From positions 132,825 to 196,824 of the forward strand of contig MCFE01000048.1 of NCBI GenBank assembly GCA_002104905.1: a stretch of DNA of 64,000 nt, given 5' to 3'. Positions 60,821-64,000 of this stretch are shown here, in pieces. The notes beneath the pieces were generated by a model that saw only the letters and a program-made list of their open reading frames with translations, searched no databases and was not told the DNA's origin. Numbering within the stretch: the stretch's first letter is position 1; each line of letters starts with the position of its first letter. The translations under genes were made by a program, and so were the position numbers. Source of the DNA: Basidiobolus meristosporus CBS 931.73 (Eukaryota; Fungi; Basidiobolomycota).

Positions 60821-63649
60821 ATGGCATTAGAAGCCAGCAGTTACAAGGAGCATCGGAAAAATTTTGGCGTTTACCTGGCGACAGTGGCAGGTGTAACAAA
60901 ACGCAGCTATTGCTCGATGACCATTACCCCGTCTATGAGATACTTGCTATTATATGGAGGGTATTCTGTTGAGCACTTTCAAGACAGCAAAATATCCCCG
61001 CCTTATGATGAGCGAATAGCTGAAGAAACATCCGGCCGTGGAATACTCTATGAGCCCAGCTCAAAGGTTCAAATGATTCACCTTGCAGATCTACACGGTG
61101 ATGAAGACATCACAGTGACAGTTCTCCCGACTCCAGACAACATATCAACTACAGAGGCAGCCAAAGGGGTGATTTTAATTGGCAACAGCTGTGCTAGTGA
61201 CCACGAGAATCTCTACATATATGGTGGTTTTGAGCTGAGCCGTAGAGAATACTCAGGGCGACATGAAAGTGCCAAAAAACGGGGGAAAAAAGCGATACGA
61301 AGCAAGAGTGGGGAGACAATCAATAGAAGACTGAGCAAGCTGGAGGTAATCACGTACAAAGATGGCAATGGATGCTCCAGAGTATTGGAGACAAGGCCAT
61401 TCTTGAATAATCCTGCGAATATGCCTTCAGCAAGAGGTTGGGCAGTTCTTACGTACGCATTTGATTGCTTATTCTTGCTGGGCGGCTATCCTACACCATC
61501 GGAACCACCTTATACCCAACCAAATGGGAGTTTTTTAAACGAGTTCTACTGTTTAAAATTGCGAACTGGTGATTGGGAAAGACGATATGTACACTCAGCA
61601 ATACAGGAGCTTGGAGAAAACTTTATTGCTGTGGTAAACGAGTATGGCAACCAAATCCAATACATCAACAATGCAAATGTTACATTCACCTATGATGTCG
61701 ATAATCAGATCTGGACTTACCCTCCCGATCCAAGTCAGGAAGAAATGAGTACAAAGCAGCTACTAGGGCGCATTCTTAATGAATTGGCAGCAATCTCTCA
61801 GCGGCACGAGAGGGAAGGCGAAGGAAGTGCTGAGACTGAAAATATCTTGCGGCATAGTGCCCATGGTCTTACTGTACCACTTAAGAACCATCAAGCATTT
61901 GGCGTACAATGGCTGATGTATACAGAGGCCATCCATAAAGGAGCATTGCTTGCCGATTCCATGGGACTTGGAAAGACATTGCAGATATTAAGTCTCATAT
62001 TGGAGACACCTGAGCAAAGGCCAAATCTTATTGTTGTCACGCTTGGAATACTTCTCAATTGGGTGATGGAGATAAAGACAAAAACAAGGATATCCGATGA
62101 AGAGCTTCATGTATTTCATGGAAAATTCCGAGCTATCAAGAAGTCAGATATGGAGACTAAGAGGATCGTGCTCACCACCTACCACACACTATGTGTTGAA
62201 GCAAGGAACCCTGATTCGCCTATATGGAATGTGAAATTTGGCCGAATAGTGGCCGATGAGGCAGATACACTTAAGAACTACGAAGGCGGTAGCTTAAACG
62301 CAGTGAGTAAAATTGATGGAGAATCCTTGATACTTGTCACTGCCACCCCATTCCAAAATGAGATTATGGATCTTTATTCATATTTCACATTATTCAATCT
62401 ATGGGAAGGTATTCCAAAGGATTTCCATCGACTCCTACTTGAGGAGGCCAATGCAAACAGGCTAGTTGAATGGGTTGTAGAAAGACTTGGCCCATTAATA
62501 TTGAGACGCGTTCCAGAGTCGCAAATATTTGGAGAACGCGCAGTATCCATGCCTAGTATTCAAGAGCAGATTGTCTTGTGCCAATTCTTGCCGGAGGAGC
62601 TGCAGGAGTACAAACAACTGCAGTCAAGTCTTCCAGAGGAAGTCGGTCGGATGGGTGCAAATACCTATCTGCGTCTGTACTCATGCCATCCATATATGTA
62701 TACCTGGAGCAGGAAGAGGAATCGACTGAAAAAAGCGGCTGATGCTAGCATTGTCCAAGATGTCGAGATGAGTGAGGATGATTTTCTACCTGAGATTGAT
62801 GAGGATCTTGAGGCGGTTGCGGTTGAGGTTGAGGAGCAGCTTCAAGAGATTAATAGCGAAGAGGTTGACAGCTCATCCAATGTTCCATCTACTTCTGCAC
62901 CAACTGCCATACGCACCGAAGACGCCCCTACAATTGCCCAAAGAGGGCTTGCGTTAGAGGACTCCAACAGGGTATTCATCCAAGATTTCCTCACTGGTGT
63001 AACCAACAACACTGTGAACGAGCATAGTGGCAAAACTCGGAAAATCATGGAAATCCTGCTTGAAATCCAAGAAAATAAGGAGCACGCACGTGTTATTATT
63101 TTTTCTGGGTTTAATCTGATGCTTGACATAGTGGCTTACCATTTGAGAGAGCAGAGCATTGAACATCTGAAGATTACCGGTTCCACCCCAGTTCGGATAC
63201 GAAAGAGCAGTATAGATACATTTGCATTGCCAGTTCCGGAGGGCGAGATTCGTGTGTTACTGATCAACATCAAATGTGGCGCATTTGGATTAAATTTGCA
63301 GATGGCATCGGCGGTGATCATTGCCGACAATTGGTGGAATCCCTATGTAGAAATCCAAGCGAAGGCCAGAGTTTGGAGGGTGAATCAACCAAATAATGTT
63401 TCTAGTTACCAGTTAGTCATGCAAGATTCCATTGAAGCTCAGGGTGTAATTGACAGTCAAACTCGTAAGATTGGCTTATTTGGCCAGATTACGCATACGT
63501 TGGTAGATGAAGCATCCGAAGTACCAATTTCATTACAACTTCAAGAGCAAGATGATCGGTACTTGAGCCAATTACATGAAGCGCAAGGCAGTGGATCTCT
63601 GATGCACGAAGATGAAGAGGAGGTTGATGAGACGACAGATGAGGAGTAA
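60821..63649 (+). CDS. Kelch-repeat plus SNF2-family ATPase fusion, intronless
   Basis: N-terminal LLYGG, YIYGG, FLLGG and FLNEFYCL...W Kelch-like blades; HQAFGVQWL, LLADSMGLGKT, IVADEAD, TATPFQN, LILRR, VIIFSGF, GLNL, WWNP and QAKARVWR helicase motifs. Confidence 0.88.
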   Translation: MALEASSYKEHRKNFGVYLATVAGVTKRSYCSMTITPSMRYLLLYGGYSVEHFQDSKISPPYDERIAEETSGRGILYEPSSKVQMIHLADLHGDEDITVTVLPTPDNISTTEAAKGVILIGNSCASDHENLYIYGGFELSRREYSGRHESAKKRGKKAIRSKSGETINRRLSKLEVITYKDGNGCSRVLETRPFLNNPANMPSARGWAVLTYAFDCLFLLGGYPTPSEPPYTQPNGSFLNEFYCLKLRTGDWERRYVHSAIQELGENFIAVVNEYGNQIQYINNANVTFTYDVDNQIWTYPPDPSQEEMSTKQLLGRILNELAAISQRHEREGEGSAETENILRHSAHGLTVPLKNHQAFGVQWLMYTEAIHKGALLADSMGLGKTLQILSLILETPEQRPNLIVVTLGILLNWVMEIKTKTRISDEELHVFHGKFRAIKKSDMETKRIVLTTYHTLCVEARNPDSPIWNVKFGRIVADEADTLKNYEGGSLNAVSKIDGESLILVTATPFQNEIMDLYSYFTLFNLWEGIPKDFHRLLLEEANANRLVEWVVERLGPLILRRVPESQIFGERAVSMPSIQEQIVLCQFLPEELQEYKQLQSSLPEEVGRMGANTYLRLYSCHPYMYTWSRKRNRLKKAADASIVQDVEMSEDDFLPEIDEDLEAVAVEVEEQLQEINSEEVDSSSNVPSTSAPTAIRTEDAPTIAQRGLALEDSNRVFIQDFLTGVTNNTVNEHSGKTRKIMEILLEIQENKEHARVIIFSGFNLMLDIVAYHLREQSIEHLKITGSTPVRIRKSSIDTFALPVPEGEIRVLLINIKCGAFGLNLQMASAVIIADNWWNPYVEIQAKARVWRVNQPNNVSSYQLVMQDSIEAQGVIDSQTRKIGLFGQITHTLVDEASEVPISLQLQEQDDRYLSQLHEAQGSGSLMHEDEEEVDETTDEE

Positions 63650-63844
63650 ATAGGGGTTGCAATGTACCAGGAATCAAGTATGCCAGACTCGAGGTAGTAG
63701 TAGCTACTATTGGTAAATAAACAATGAGACTAATCTTTTTGCACGAGAAGGGTGGGAGAGGGAGAGGGAGAGAGAAAAGTCAGAGTGGTACAGTCTAAAT
63801 AAAAAAGGGTGCGAGAGTTTTATGGTGATGAAGATAAACATGCA

Positions 63845-64000
63845 TTTGGTGCCGCGCGGTGGTGTTGGGGATTCATCGGGCACAAATGAAAGTGCGATGC
63901 TAGAATATAGTGATGAGAATAACCATAGGTTTGGTGCCGCGCGGTGCCAATTTGGTATTGAGATTCATCAGGCACAAATGAGAGTGCGATACTAGAATAT
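63845..64000. repeat. Tandem repeat, about 85-92 bp unit, running off the window end
   Basis: TTTGGTGCCGCGCGGTG at 63845 and 63930; GATTCATC.GGCACAAATGA.AGTGCGAT.CTAGAATAT in both units. Confidence 0.85.

Overview
Eukaryotic, intron-rich fungal DNA, most likely from an early-diverging (zygomycete-grade) fungus. Basidiobolus-like is an inference from the gene repertoire, not proven. No rRNA, tRNA or CRISPR was seen. Layout: (1) 1-8.4 kb is a CpG-erased nest of old transposon relics (Ty3/gypsy pol, an unclassified duplicated element, a PIF/Harbinger-like fragment) into which a young, intact Ty1/copia element has inserted (350-bp LTRs differing at one base, GTGAT target duplication, half-tRNA-iMet type PBS). 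(2) 10.8-54 kb is a host gene block: CDC6, a many-exon MCMDC2-like gene missed by the ORF track, a homeobox factor, a secreted HEXXH-type peptidase M49, two C2-domain genes, EAF7, a WWM1-like WW protein, a GNAT, a six-member chitin/polysaccharide deacetylase cluster whose catalytic cores are homogenised at the DNA level, MPE1, an OST-alpha/TMEM184 gene, several pseudogenes and two copia solo LTRs with intact target duplications. (3) 54-58 kb is another CpG-erased zone holding a head-to-tail stack of 5'-truncated LINE ends whose junctions all carry TTAGGG on the same strand. (4) 58-64 kb is a CpG-rich, intronless three-ORF cassette ending in a Kelch-SNF2 fusion, bracketed by tandem repeats that share a GCCGCGCGGT core. 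All alignments, counts and splice models were made by eye and need computational confirmation.
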